NCBI RefSeq assembly: GCF_018390515.1 | Contig: NZ_JAHBBK010000002.1 | Coordinates: forward strand, 267,743-291,742 | DNA length: 24,000 nucleotides | Direction of reading: 5' to 3' | Source of the DNA: Mucilaginibacter sp. Bleaf8 | GTDB lineage: Bacteria; Bacteroidota; Bacteroidia; Sphingobacteriales; Sphingobacteriaceae | The notes under the pieces: generated by a model | What the model saw: the letters and a program-made list of their open reading frames with translations, nothing else | Databases searched by the model: none | What the model was told of the DNA's origin: nothing | In this document: positions 9,157 through 15,591 of the stretch, in pieces | How the letters are laid out: the number at the start of each line of letters is the position of its first letter | Position numbering within the stretch: the first letter of the stretch is position 1 | Program-made: the position numbers and the translations under genes

Positions 9157-10008
9157 TTACAGCAACGCAAAAGTTTTTAGCGCTGTTGAGTTCCCATTAA
9201 AAATATCCAGGTCTACTTTATTAGCAGTACCCGTAGTAATGCTTCCGCCCGAATATTGCCATATGGTAAAATTGTTCCAGCGTGCAAAAAGCCCTGGCAA
9301 AGCAGATTGGTAAGCAGATACCCATAAAGGATAGACCGAAAAATCTGTAACGCCGTTGAAATACTCGAACCAAAACTCCTTCGATGTATAAATCATTGGT
9401 GTACGTCCGGTTTGTTTAGCGAGTTGCGTAAGGCAATCCTGTATCAATTCAACACAGGCAGTTTTATTGTTTAATATATATTGATTGAGCGACTGAGATT
9501 CGGACGTGTTGCTGCCAACCTGCCACTCGATATCAAGTACCGGCGGGAGGTTACCGGCAGCTGAAAAATCTATACCACATGATTCGAAATTAGCCATCTG
9601 CGCGCTTGCCGCATCCTGAAACGTTAAAAAATGGTATGCACCAAAAATCAGTCCTTGTTGCTTTATGGCAGCCATATTGCCTTTCAGCGTCGGATCTTTG
9701 AAACCGGCACCCTGACTGGCTTTGCAATGAACAAACTGTATATGCGGCGAAAGCTTTTCCCACTCAATGTCACTGTTAAAATGACTTATATCCATGCCTT
9801 GTGGTGCAAGGTGGTCAAGTATAGCCCATGTCTTAGGTCCTGCAATACCATCAGGTGTTAAGCCCTTGTCTGACTGGAATCGTTTTACAGCGGCCTCCGT
9901 ACCTGGCCCGAAATTACCATCAATAGTAAGCGGGTAATTTAAAAATGAAAGTGCGCGCTGAAGCAGTTGTACCTCGCTGCCGGTTGAGTTAAGGTTAAGT
10001 GTTTGCAT
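9157..10008 (-). CDS. Peptidoglycan-binding domain plus GH25 muramidase (lysozyme), no signal peptide
   Basis: N-terminal PG_binding_1 repeat (LQRALSFLNYPLTIDGNFGPGTEAAVKRFQSDKGLTPDGIAGPKTWAIL). GH25 motifs follow: GMDISHFNSDIEW, FVHCKASQG, GAYHF, LDIEW. The track start at 10050 is a TTG; the first ATG is at 10008 (MQTLNLNSTG). Neither start gives a signal peptide. Confidence 0.85.
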   Translation of the reverse strand: MQTLNLNSTGSEVQLLQRALSFLNYPLTIDGNFGPGTEAAVKRFQSDKGLTPDGIAGPKTWAILDHLAPQGMDISHFNSDIEWEKLSPHIQFVHCKASQGAGFKDPTLKGNMAAIKQQGLIFGAYHFLTFQDAASAQMANFESCGIDFSAAGNLPPVLDIEWQVGSNTSESQSLNQYILNNKTACVELIQDCLTQLAKQTGRTPMIYTSKEFWFEYFNGVTDFSVYPLWVSAYQSALPGLFARWNNFTIWQYSGGSITTGTANKVDLDIFNGNSTALKTFALL

Positions 10009-10053
10009 GATACGTTGTGCATTATGTTTTTTAATGATACGATAGTTCAAGAA

Positions 10054-11001
10054 CTAGCCGTAAAAATCAGATGAACCGCCGAAGTTTGCTTTTGATGAAT
10101 AATCAGTTTGTGCTTTTAAATTATCAGGAACGGGAACGTTTGTAGACGTCTCCTGAGTTTTAGCTACAGAATTGATTTTCATTTGCTTATAATCTTTTAT
10201 CGGTGAATTACCGCCGGCTTGCAAGTCAGCACCTGTAGACGTATTATCAGTTGGTGAGGCTTTTGCATCTGGTACAGGCTTAATCGTACTGTTGACTTCC
10301 GGTATGCTATTATTACCATCTGCCGGTTGATGACTTTTATAATTTGTTACTGTGTTAACAACAGGCTGTTGGTTTTTTTCATCGTTTTCCTGAGATCGCA
10401 TGGTTACAAATGTAGCGCTACTGATACCCATTAAGGTAAGTAACGTGTCGCTTAACTCAGGTAAAATACAGCCTTTAGTAATCTGTGCTACTTTATAAAG
10501 ATAAACAGCCATGCCAACAATAGTCCAGATTACGTGCTGAAAACGATGAATACTAATGCCACTATCATCTGATAGAATATCGTAAAAAAAGCCACCAGAC
10601 GGCGAATTCTGATGCCTGGGTCTATCATCGCCTATTTCGCGTTTATCTATGATCTTTGTGATAGCAGCCGTGCCTGAGAATATCCCAAGAACAACAAGTG
10701 CCGTTTGGTTTATCTTCGCTTCGGAGCAATCCCCTTCAAACAGGGAAAGGTATAGGTACGAGCAGGAAATAACCACCGTCCACAACCCCAATTGTACTTT
10801 GGATAAACTGTAAGGAGACGTTATGTTTGTTTTAATTTTAATTAAACTAATATTGGCGGCATTGATAATTTTTGGATCGCCGCTAACATCATCGCGAAGT
10901 AAAAGCGTCCATTTGCCCAGTAGGAAAAACGACAAGAGAATGGCGACTATACCTGCCATTGCCAGTAATGATTCTGGATTGGCAAAACCTATGAACAGCA
11001 T
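10054..11001 (-). CDS. Multi-pass membrane protein with a disordered polar C-terminal tail; function unknown
   Basis: There are about 4-5 hydrophobic helices (AMAGIVAILLSFFLLG, LGLWTVVISCSYLYLSLF, ALVVLGIFSGTAAI, VIWTIVGMAVYLY, LLTLMGISSATFV). A tail of about 110 aa rich in N/S/T/P/Q follows. The track start at 11007 is a TTG; the ATG is at 11001. The stop lies 3 nt from the lysozyme ORF. Confidence 0.75.
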   Translation of the reverse strand: MLFIGFANPESLLAMAGIVAILLSFFLLGKWTLLLRDDVSGDPKIINAANISLIKIKTNITSPYSLSKVQLGLWTVVISCSYLYLSLFEGDCSEAKINQTALVVLGIFSGTAAITKIIDKREIGDDRPRHQNSPSGGFFYDILSDDSGISIHRFQHVIWTIVGMAVYLYKVAQITKGCILPELSDTLLTLMGISSATFVTMRSQENDEKNQQPVVNTVTNYKSHQPADGNNSIPEVNSTIKPVPDAKASPTDNTSTGADLQAGGNSPIKDYKQMKINSVAKTQETSTNVPVPDNLKAQTDYSSKANFGGSSDFYG

Positions 11002-11098
11002 TTTCAAGAAACATTAAATTTGCTAAACTCCTTGTTATTATTGATAATAGCAGGTTTACGTTGAAAAGATTTTCAGTTAAACTGCTGGATGAAATACG

Positions 11099-11806
11099 TT
11101 ACTGCCCGTTATTTACGAAGTAACTAAGCAGATCAACATGCGCTTCATTAAGATCACTTAATAGCGTAGTAATATTTCCGAAGTCCGCATAACGCTGATT
11201 GAACCTGAACTGCAAAGTTGGCTTCACGTCGGAAGGTTGCGGAAATGTTTCGATACAAACATAGTTACCGTTTTGAAGGGGCACTTCTATCCACCAATGC
11301 GTTTCATTAGGGCCGTATGGTATTCCGTCTTCACCGGCATCGTCATAATGCATAACCAGCTTATAGTTAGGTGGCTGGTTTGGTTGTATATACCCTAGTC
11401 CAGTGCAAATGTTATTACATACCCAAGTCATGGCTTGTTCCCGGAACTGCCTCCAGTTAACCCAGTCATCCTGGCTATGTAGGGCATAAGGTTGAAACTG
11501 ATTTACGTATTGATGTGCCTGCATTAAGGTTTGTAAAATTTCCTCTTGCGACCAATAAGAAGCCGGATCTGGATTGATACCCAGCAATATGGTGTCAAAA
11601 GCGTTTGCGGGCCTGTGAATGATAGTAGATGTGTTTTGCTGGTTATAATTGATATTATCCAGTAAACCAAAAAGCGCCCATTTCCAACAGGAAACATTGT
11701 CAGGCATATACCCATCAGGTAAAGTAGCTACCTGTATGGTAGCCCCAGGGCTTGCCTGGACATAGTTATTTAAGACATTTATAATAGCTTGGGTTAGCTG
11801 TGGCAT
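11099..11806 (-). CDS. Hypothetical protein (235 aa), candidate Cys/His enzyme
   Basis: ATG ORF co-directional with the cluster. I recognise no family. Cys40-Trp41 (NVSCWKWALFG), His170 (NETHWWIEV) and Asn179/181 are spaced loosely like a papain-type C/H/N triad. That reading is speculative. Confidence 0.65.
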   Translation of the reverse strand: MPQLTQAIINVLNNYVQASPGATIQVATLPDGYMPDNVSCWKWALFGLLDNINYNQQNTSTIIHRPANAFDTILLGINPDPASYWSQEEILQTLMQAHQYVNQFQPYALHSQDDWVNWRQFREQAMTWVCNNICTGLGYIQPNQPPNYKLVMHYDDAGEDGIPYGPNETHWWIEVPLQNGNYVCIETFPQPSDVKPTLQFRFNQRYADFGNITTLLSDLNEAHVDLLSYFVNNGQ

Positions 11807-11934
11807 AAGGTTAATTTTTAAGGCATTTGTATGTTTTGCTGCATCGGCCTCAGCACTTGTGTTTATGTTTATTATTACTACAACCGTCGTTAAATTAAAA
11901 CATGTTGTGAATAGGCATGCAGTTCAAAAGTTGA

Positions 11935-12606
11935 TCAGTTAAACGGGTTGATTGGCCCTTGCGGAGACCCGAACATGGGCGTAACATACTGAAAATTGGC
12001 GGGCCAGGGGTTTTGATTGCCAAAAATATTTATTGGTAATAACGGAGGCAAGGTGCTCTGTTTGAATCCGTTAGTACTCGTGCTTTCGTTACCATATGGA
12101 AAAGGATAAACCAAACAGGTAGCACCCGATTTTTGCCATAGAATCTGAAACCCGTCCCTGGTAGCCTCTTGAACATATTCTTGAGAAACACATATGCCAA
12201 CGGCAATTCTACGGCCCATAACACCGCATCCTTTTAGTTTTTCAACGTCATTGCGTAAGCCTGGATTAAATTTCCACCGGTTTCCTGTCGATTCGCACTT
12301 CAACTCTACCAGGAGTATCTCCGGCGTGCCGCTGTCAAAAATCAGATCTGCTTTTTGATTCAACTTTGCAAAACCCGGACTTAGCATTGTTTTATTATTA
12401 TTCTGTAATAAATTGGCCGTTACAGTACCAGATACCGCCTCACGTGAAAAGCCTCTCGGCTGGAACGCCATTTTCTTTATAAACATAGATAGATCCGTTT
12501 GGGCCCAAGATTCCCAACCACCTCTAAGGTCAGAAAGTAAGGTAAAATCGCCGCCTTTAGCGTCACACCATCTGGTGACAATATCATAGAAGTTGTAATA
12601 ATTCAT
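11935..12606 (-). CDS. Hypothetical protein (223 aa) with a PD-(D/E)xK nuclease-like motif and a Pro/Gly/Asn-rich tail
   Basis: ATG ORF. The segment ADLIFDSGTPEILLVELKCES has an Asp followed 14 residues later by E-x-K on a hydrophobic strand. A candidate helix-1 Glu lies upstream in WESWAQTDL. Confidence 0.65.
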   Translation of the reverse strand: MNYYNFYDIVTRWCDAKGGDFTLLSDLRGGWESWAQTDLSMFIKKMAFQPRGFSREAVSGTVTANLLQNNNKTMLSPGFAKLNQKADLIFDSGTPEILLVELKCESTGNRWKFNPGLRNDVEKLKGCGVMGRRIAVGICVSQEYVQEATRDGFQILWQKSGATCLVYPFPYGNESTSTNGFKQSTLPPLLPINIFGNQNPWPANFQYVTPMFGSPQGPINPFN

Positions 12607-12614
12607 AGCCGTTT

Positions 12615-12842
12615 TTATTTAGATTGGTTTCCAAATTGCGACTGGCTAACCAGTCCGCTCGGTATTGGTGCGGTTGTTTTGATGAGCACTGACGGCGACA
12701 GGGTAATGTGATCAAATTTTTTTGCTTGTTCATCGTACCAAACACATACAACAAGGCCATTAGCTGGCCTGGATACAGACATTGCCGGCCCGCCAGAAAC
12801 CAGCTTTACCACGTCTCCTGGATTAAAAATAACCTGTGCCAT
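12615..12842 (-). CDS. Small DUF2158 (YodC-like) family protein
   Basis: 75 aa. The segment PGDVVKLVSGGPAMSV...CVWYD matches the GDxVxLKSGGPxMTV...C.W pattern of YodC/DUF2158 small proteins. This match is from memory. Confidence 0.6.
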   Translation of the reverse strand: MAQVIFNPGDVVKLVSGGPAMSVSRPANGLVVCVWYDEQAKKFDHITLSPSVLIKTTAPIPSGLVSQSQFGNQSK

Positions 12843-12872
12843 TTCGTTGTTTCATTTTGGGTGAGTAATTAG

Positions 12873-13286
12873 TTATGCCTGCTGCGTATTTATGCGGCTG
12901 ATGTCATTCATGGCATTATCAGTGTTTTGCACCGTTTGCTGGGCCGTTTGCATTGCGGCCTCAATGGTGGATGCCATGGTTTGCTGTACATTTGCCAACG
13001 ATGGTGTTGTTGGAAAAGTAGGCGTACCTGTAGCAGGTGCAGCAGTTGGTTGCGCAGGCTGTGTCTGTTCACTCATAATTTGTAAACTATCGGCCGTTAA
13101 TGATTTAAAGGCATTATCCACCTGCGCCTGCATGGTTTGCAGCGCCTGTTGTTGAATGGTCAGAATCTGCTGTTTCAAATCGCTTATCTGCTGCTGCATA
13201 TTTTGCCGGGCCTGCTGGGCCGGGGTTAGTTGTTGGGGCACGGAATTCCCTGCATCCATGCCGGGCGTATCTACTTGCTGTGTCAT
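12873..13286 (-). CDS. Gln/Thr/Ala-rich coiled-coil-like protein; function unknown
   Basis: 137-aa ATG ORF with Q-rich heptad-like segments (QQARQNMQQQISDLKQQILTIQQQALQTMQAQV) and a central Pro/Thr/Ala linker. It lies immediately downstream of the rebB array. Confidence 0.6.
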   Translation of the reverse strand: MTQQVDTPGMDAGNSVPQQLTPAQQARQNMQQQISDLKQQILTIQQQALQTMQAQVDNAFKSLTADSLQIMSEQTQPAQPTAAPATGTPTFPTTPSLANVQQTMASTIEAAMQTAQQTVQNTDNAMNDISRINTQQA

Positions 13287-13315
13287 GAAATGTAATTATT
13301 AAAATTTCCTGAATA

Positions 13316-13342
13316 GAGCAATACCGCTTTGCGGTATTGCTC
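13316..13342 (-). terminator. Strong intra-cluster hairpin (terminator or attenuator) after the rebB array
   Basis: Perfect 12-bp stem GAGCAATACCGC-TTT-GCGGTATTGCTC in the 95-nt gap between the last rebB-like gene (stop at 13382) and the next gene (start at 13286). An A/T-rich tract follows on the minus strand. Confidence 0.6.
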
Positions 13343-13381
13343 ATTAACGGCATTAAAGACGCATATCTGCTTGTTGAAATC

Positions 13382-13651
13382 TTATGAACCGAAGATTTGT
13401 TTAGTGCCAACCGCATCAGATGCGGTATCGATAGAATACAGCATAGTTACGCCCATAGTGGTGGCAGCCTGTGCGGTTATATTGCTTTGCTGCTGGCTGG
13501 TGGTGGCATTGTGTGCCGCATTGGCCAGCGCCTGGGCCGTGGCCTGGAATAAATTGCCCATTGCAATAGCAGGTGCATCACCCAGTACCTTGGTGTTTGC
13601 CTGGGTTACCGAATCGGTAATCTGATCGTTTACTGAAGTTGGAAAAGCCAT
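13382..13651 (-). CDS. rebB: RebB-family R-body ('killing trait') protein, copy 1
   Basis: 89 aa: MAFPTSVNDQITDSVTQANTKVLGDAPAIAMGNLFQATAQALANAAHNATTSQQQSNITAQAATTMGVTMLYSIDT. This matches the RebB family core as I recall it (VNSQITD[AS]VTQ.N.KV....PA.A...LYQ......A..NAV..QQQ.N....A.T.QGV...YS.DT). Confidence 0.8.
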   Translation of the reverse strand: MAFPTSVNDQITDSVTQANTKVLGDAPAIAMGNLFQATAQALANAAHNATTSQQQSNITAQAATTMGVTMLYSIDTASDAVGTKQIFGS

Positions 13652-13687
13652 GATAAGATTTTATTTAATGTTTAAATGATTGTATTA

Positions 13688-13975
13688 TTATTGCCCTAGT
13701 ACTTTACCCGGTGTGTAAATCTGCTTGGTGCCTACAGCATCAGAAGCTGTATCAATGGAGTACAGTGTGGTTACACCCATCGTAGTTGCTGCTTGTGCGG
13801 TTATATTGCTTTGTTGCTGGCTGGTGGTGGCATTATGTGCTGCATTGGCTAAAGCCTGGGCTGTTGCCTGAAAAAGGTTGCCCATGGCTATTGCAGGCGC
13901 ATCGCCTAGTACCTTGGTGTTTGCCTGTGTCACCGAATCGGTGATCTGGCTGTTTACTGCGGTTGGAAAAGCCAT
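13688..13975 (-). CDS. rebB: RebB-family R-body protein, copy 2
   Basis: 95 aa. It is almost identical in protein sequence to copy 1 over the first 85 or so residues and has a different C-terminal tail (YTPGKVLGQ). Confidence 0.8.
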   Translation of the reverse strand: MAFPTAVNSQITDSVTQANTKVLGDAPAIAMGNLFQATAQALANAAHNATTSQQQSNITAQAATTMGVTTLYSIDTASDAVGTKQIYTPGKVLGQ

Positions 13976-14002
13976 AAAATTTTATGTTTTACGTTAATAT
14001 TG

Positions 14003-14269
14003 TTATTGATAGATGTTCGTGGTGCCTACAGCATCAGAAGCTGTATCAATTGAGTATAAGGTGGTTACACCCGTGGTGGTGGCCGCCTGCCCGGTCATGT
14101 TAGTTTGTTGCTGCGAGGCCGTGGCATTATGGGCCGCATTGGATAACGCTTGCGAGGTAGCCATAAAAAAGTTACCCATTGCCATAGCGGGCGAGTCGCC
14201 TAATACTTTGGTGTTTACTTCTGATACCGAATCGGTGATCTGACTGTTTACTGCGGTTGGAAAAGCCAT
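14003..14269 (-). CDS. rebB: RebB-family R-body protein, copy 3 (subtype 2)
   Basis: 88 aa: MAFPTAVNSQITDSVSEVNTKVLGDSPAMAMGNFFMATSQALSNAAHNATASQQQTNMTGQAATTTGVTTLYSIDT. Confidence 0.8.
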   Translation of the reverse strand: MAFPTAVNSQITDSVSEVNTKVLGDSPAMAMGNFFMATSQALSNAAHNATASQQQTNMTGQAATTTGVTTLYSIDTASDAVGTTNIYQ

Positions 14270-14306
14270 GATTTTTACTGTTGTGGTTAATTAATCCGGT
14301 TAGTTA

Positions 14307-14573
14307 TTATGCGAAAATCTTTTTTGTACCCACCGCGTCAGACGACGTGTCTATAGAGTACAACGTGGTTATACCCGAGGTTGTAGCTGCCTGTGCAGTA
14401 ATGTTGGTTTGCTGTTGTGCAGCAGTTGCATTATGAGCGGCATTAGCCAGGGCTTGTGAGGTTGCCATGAAAAGGTTACCCATTGCCATAGCGGGCGAGT
14501 CGCCCAATACTTTGGTGTTTACTTGTGAAACTGAGTCGGTAATTTGATCATTTACTGATGTTGGAAAAGCCAT
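14307..14573 (-). CDS. rebB: RebB-family R-body protein, copy 4 (subtype 2)
   Basis: 88 aa. It shares the DSPAMAMGN.FMATSQAL signature with copy 3. Confidence 0.8.
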   Translation of the reverse strand: MAFPTSVNDQITDSVSQVNTKVLGDSPAMAMGNLFMATSQALANAAHNATAAQQQTNITAQAATTSGITTLYSIDTSSDAVGTKKIFA

Positions 14574-14611
14574 AATTGTTTTCTTTTAAGGTTATAAAAT
14601 GGTGTTAATTG

Positions 14612-14878
14612 TTAAGCGTAAATTTGTTTGGTGCCTACGGCATCAGACGATGTATCTATAGAATACAATGTAGTTACGCCCATCGTAGTGGCTGCTTGTG
14701 CCGTAATGTTGCTTTGTTGCTGACTGGTGGTAGCATTGTGGGCTGCGTTGGCTAAAGCCTGTGCCGTTGCCTGGAGCAAATTGCCCATTGCTGTTGCCGG
14801 TGCCAGGCCCAGTACCTGTGTGTTTGCTTGTGTTACCGAATCGGTGATTTGACTGTTTACTGCGGTTGGAAAAGCCAT
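14612..14878 (-). CDS. rebB: RebB-family R-body protein, copy 5 (subtype 1 variant)
   Basis: 88 aa. It is close to copies 1 and 2 but has LGLAPATAMGNLLQ. Confidence 0.8.
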   Translation of the reverse strand: MAFPTAVNSQITDSVTQANTQVLGLAPATAMGNLLQATAQALANAAHNATTSQQQSNITAQAATTMGVTTLYSIDTSSDAVGTKQIYA

Positions 14879-14904
14879 AGTTGTTTAATTTTAAGTTTAT
14901 GTAT

Positions 14905-15129
14905 TTAGATTTTTATCGAATAAATAAGTGCCACACCCTGGGCAGTTACTGCTTGCCCTAAGATATTGGCCTGCTGCTGGGCAACGGTGGCATTGTGTGC
15001 GGCGTTGGCCAGCGCCTGGGCCGTGGCCTGGTAAAAGTTGCCTATAGATATGGCAGGCGCGTTGCCAATTACCTCCAAACCTGCTTCTGTAATTGAATCG
15101 GTAATTTGGCTATTTACAGTTGATGCCAT
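14905..15129 (-). CDS. rebB: RebB-family R-body protein, copy 6 (short form, closest to the classical RebB core)
   Basis: 74 aa: MASTVNSQITDSITEAGLEVIGNAPAISIGNFYQATAQALANAAHNATVAQQQANILGQAVTAQGVALIYSIKI. It lacks the MAFPT N-terminus and the SIDTxSDAVGT C-terminus of the other five. Confidence 0.8.
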   Translation of the reverse strand: MASTVNSQITDSITEAGLEVIGNAPAISIGNFYQATAQALANAAHNATVAQQQANILGQAVTAQGVALIYSIKI

Positions 15130-15159
15130 TGTGCGTACTACTTATGTTTCCAAAATGAA

Positions 15160-15579
15160 TTAGTTGTTAGCCGGTACACCGCTGCTTGTGCTGCCTGCCT
15201 GATCAGACGTATTGCCGGGTGTTGTACTGGTAACTACGGTTGCCGTGGGCGTTGTTACTGTCTGAACAGTAGTTGAGGGAGTAGTATTACTTGTACCTGA
15301 CGTTGTTGTGCTGCCCGAAAGATCAGCAGGAGCAGGTGGCGCGGGCTTTGGTGGTGGCGACTGTATGCCCATTACCGAAAGTATGCGGGCACATGTTGAG
15401 GTGGTTGTGGCCGAGTTTAACATTTGTGCATTATGCTGTGCCGTTACTGCATTATGCATTGACATGCCTATAGTTTCGGCCATCACATTGTTCAACATGG
15501 CAACAGATTGTGAATTTGCAGTTCCGCGCAAAAGTTGCTGAACGTCGGTTATTGATGATAATATAAAATCGTTTGACAT
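15160..15579 (-). CDS. Divergent Reb-like domain fused to a Ser/Thr/Pro-rich C-terminal tail
   Basis: 139 aa. Residues ~8-70 (SSITDVQQLLRGTANSQSVAMLNNVMAETIGMSMHNAVTAQHNAQMLNSATTTSTCARILSV) align colinearly with the RebB core (ITD ... A.M.N ... HNA.T.Q....). A tail of about 70 aa follows (PPPKPAPPAPADLSGSTTTSGTSNTTPSTTVQTVTTPTATVVTSTTPGNTSDQAGSTSSG). Confidence 0.65.
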   Translation of the reverse strand: MSNDFILSSITDVQQLLRGTANSQSVAMLNNVMAETIGMSMHNAVTAQHNAQMLNSATTTSTCARILSVMGIQSPPPKPAPPAPADLSGSTTTSGTSNTTPSTTVQTVTTPTATVVTSTTPGNTSDQAGSTSSGVPANN

Positions 15580-15591
15580 ATGATTATTATG

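Larger units (their letters stand above)
13382..15129 (-). repeat. Tandem array of six paralogous rebB-like gene units (about 250-325 bp period)
   Basis: Start codons lie at 13651, 13975, 14269, 14573, 14878 and 15129. All units encode colinear proteins sharing VNSQITDS...AHNAT..QQQ.N....A.T..G. Spacers are 25-40 bp and AT-rich. Confidence 0.9.

Noticed and set aside
8315-11007. GH25 lysozyme plus membrane protein plus lipoprotein as evidence of a prophage
   Set aside because: No terminase, portal, capsid, tail, integrase or att-like repeat is visible anywhere in the 24 kb. The genes are co-directional and tightly packed with the reb cluster, so I treat them as a cluster-associated lysis-like module rather than a phage remnant. 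Ancestry from a phage cassette remains possible.
13382-15129. Regular ~300-bp periodic repeats that could be mistaken for a CRISPR array or a satellite
   Set aside because: The period is about ten times that of a CRISPR repeat-spacer unit. Each unit is a complete ATG-to-stop ORF with a conserved protein sequence and synonymous drift. There are no short identical direct repeats or cas genes.
13382-15129. Small Ala/Thr/Gln-rich proteins read as bacteriocin or lanthipeptide precursors, pilins, or gas-vesicle proteins
   Set aside because: They have no Cys residues or double-Gly leader, and no modification enzyme or ABC exporter is nearby. They lack a type IV pilin N-terminal hydrophobic helix or prepilin site, and they do not resemble the GvpA motif. 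The VNSQITDS...AHNAT..QQQ pattern fits the RebB family instead.
12892-15541. Plus-strand ORFs overlapping the Reb region (12892-13155, 13329-13625, 14013-14243, 15291-15473, 15308-15541) and the minus-strand out-of-frame ORF 13114-13416
   Set aside because: They are antisense or out-of-frame shadows of the Ala/Gln/Thr-rich Reb-like genes, where GCN/CAR codons leave the opposite strand open. Their products are Cys/Val/Ala-rich nonsense. They recur only because the underlying genes are repeated, and the minus-strand frames carry the conserved family motifs.
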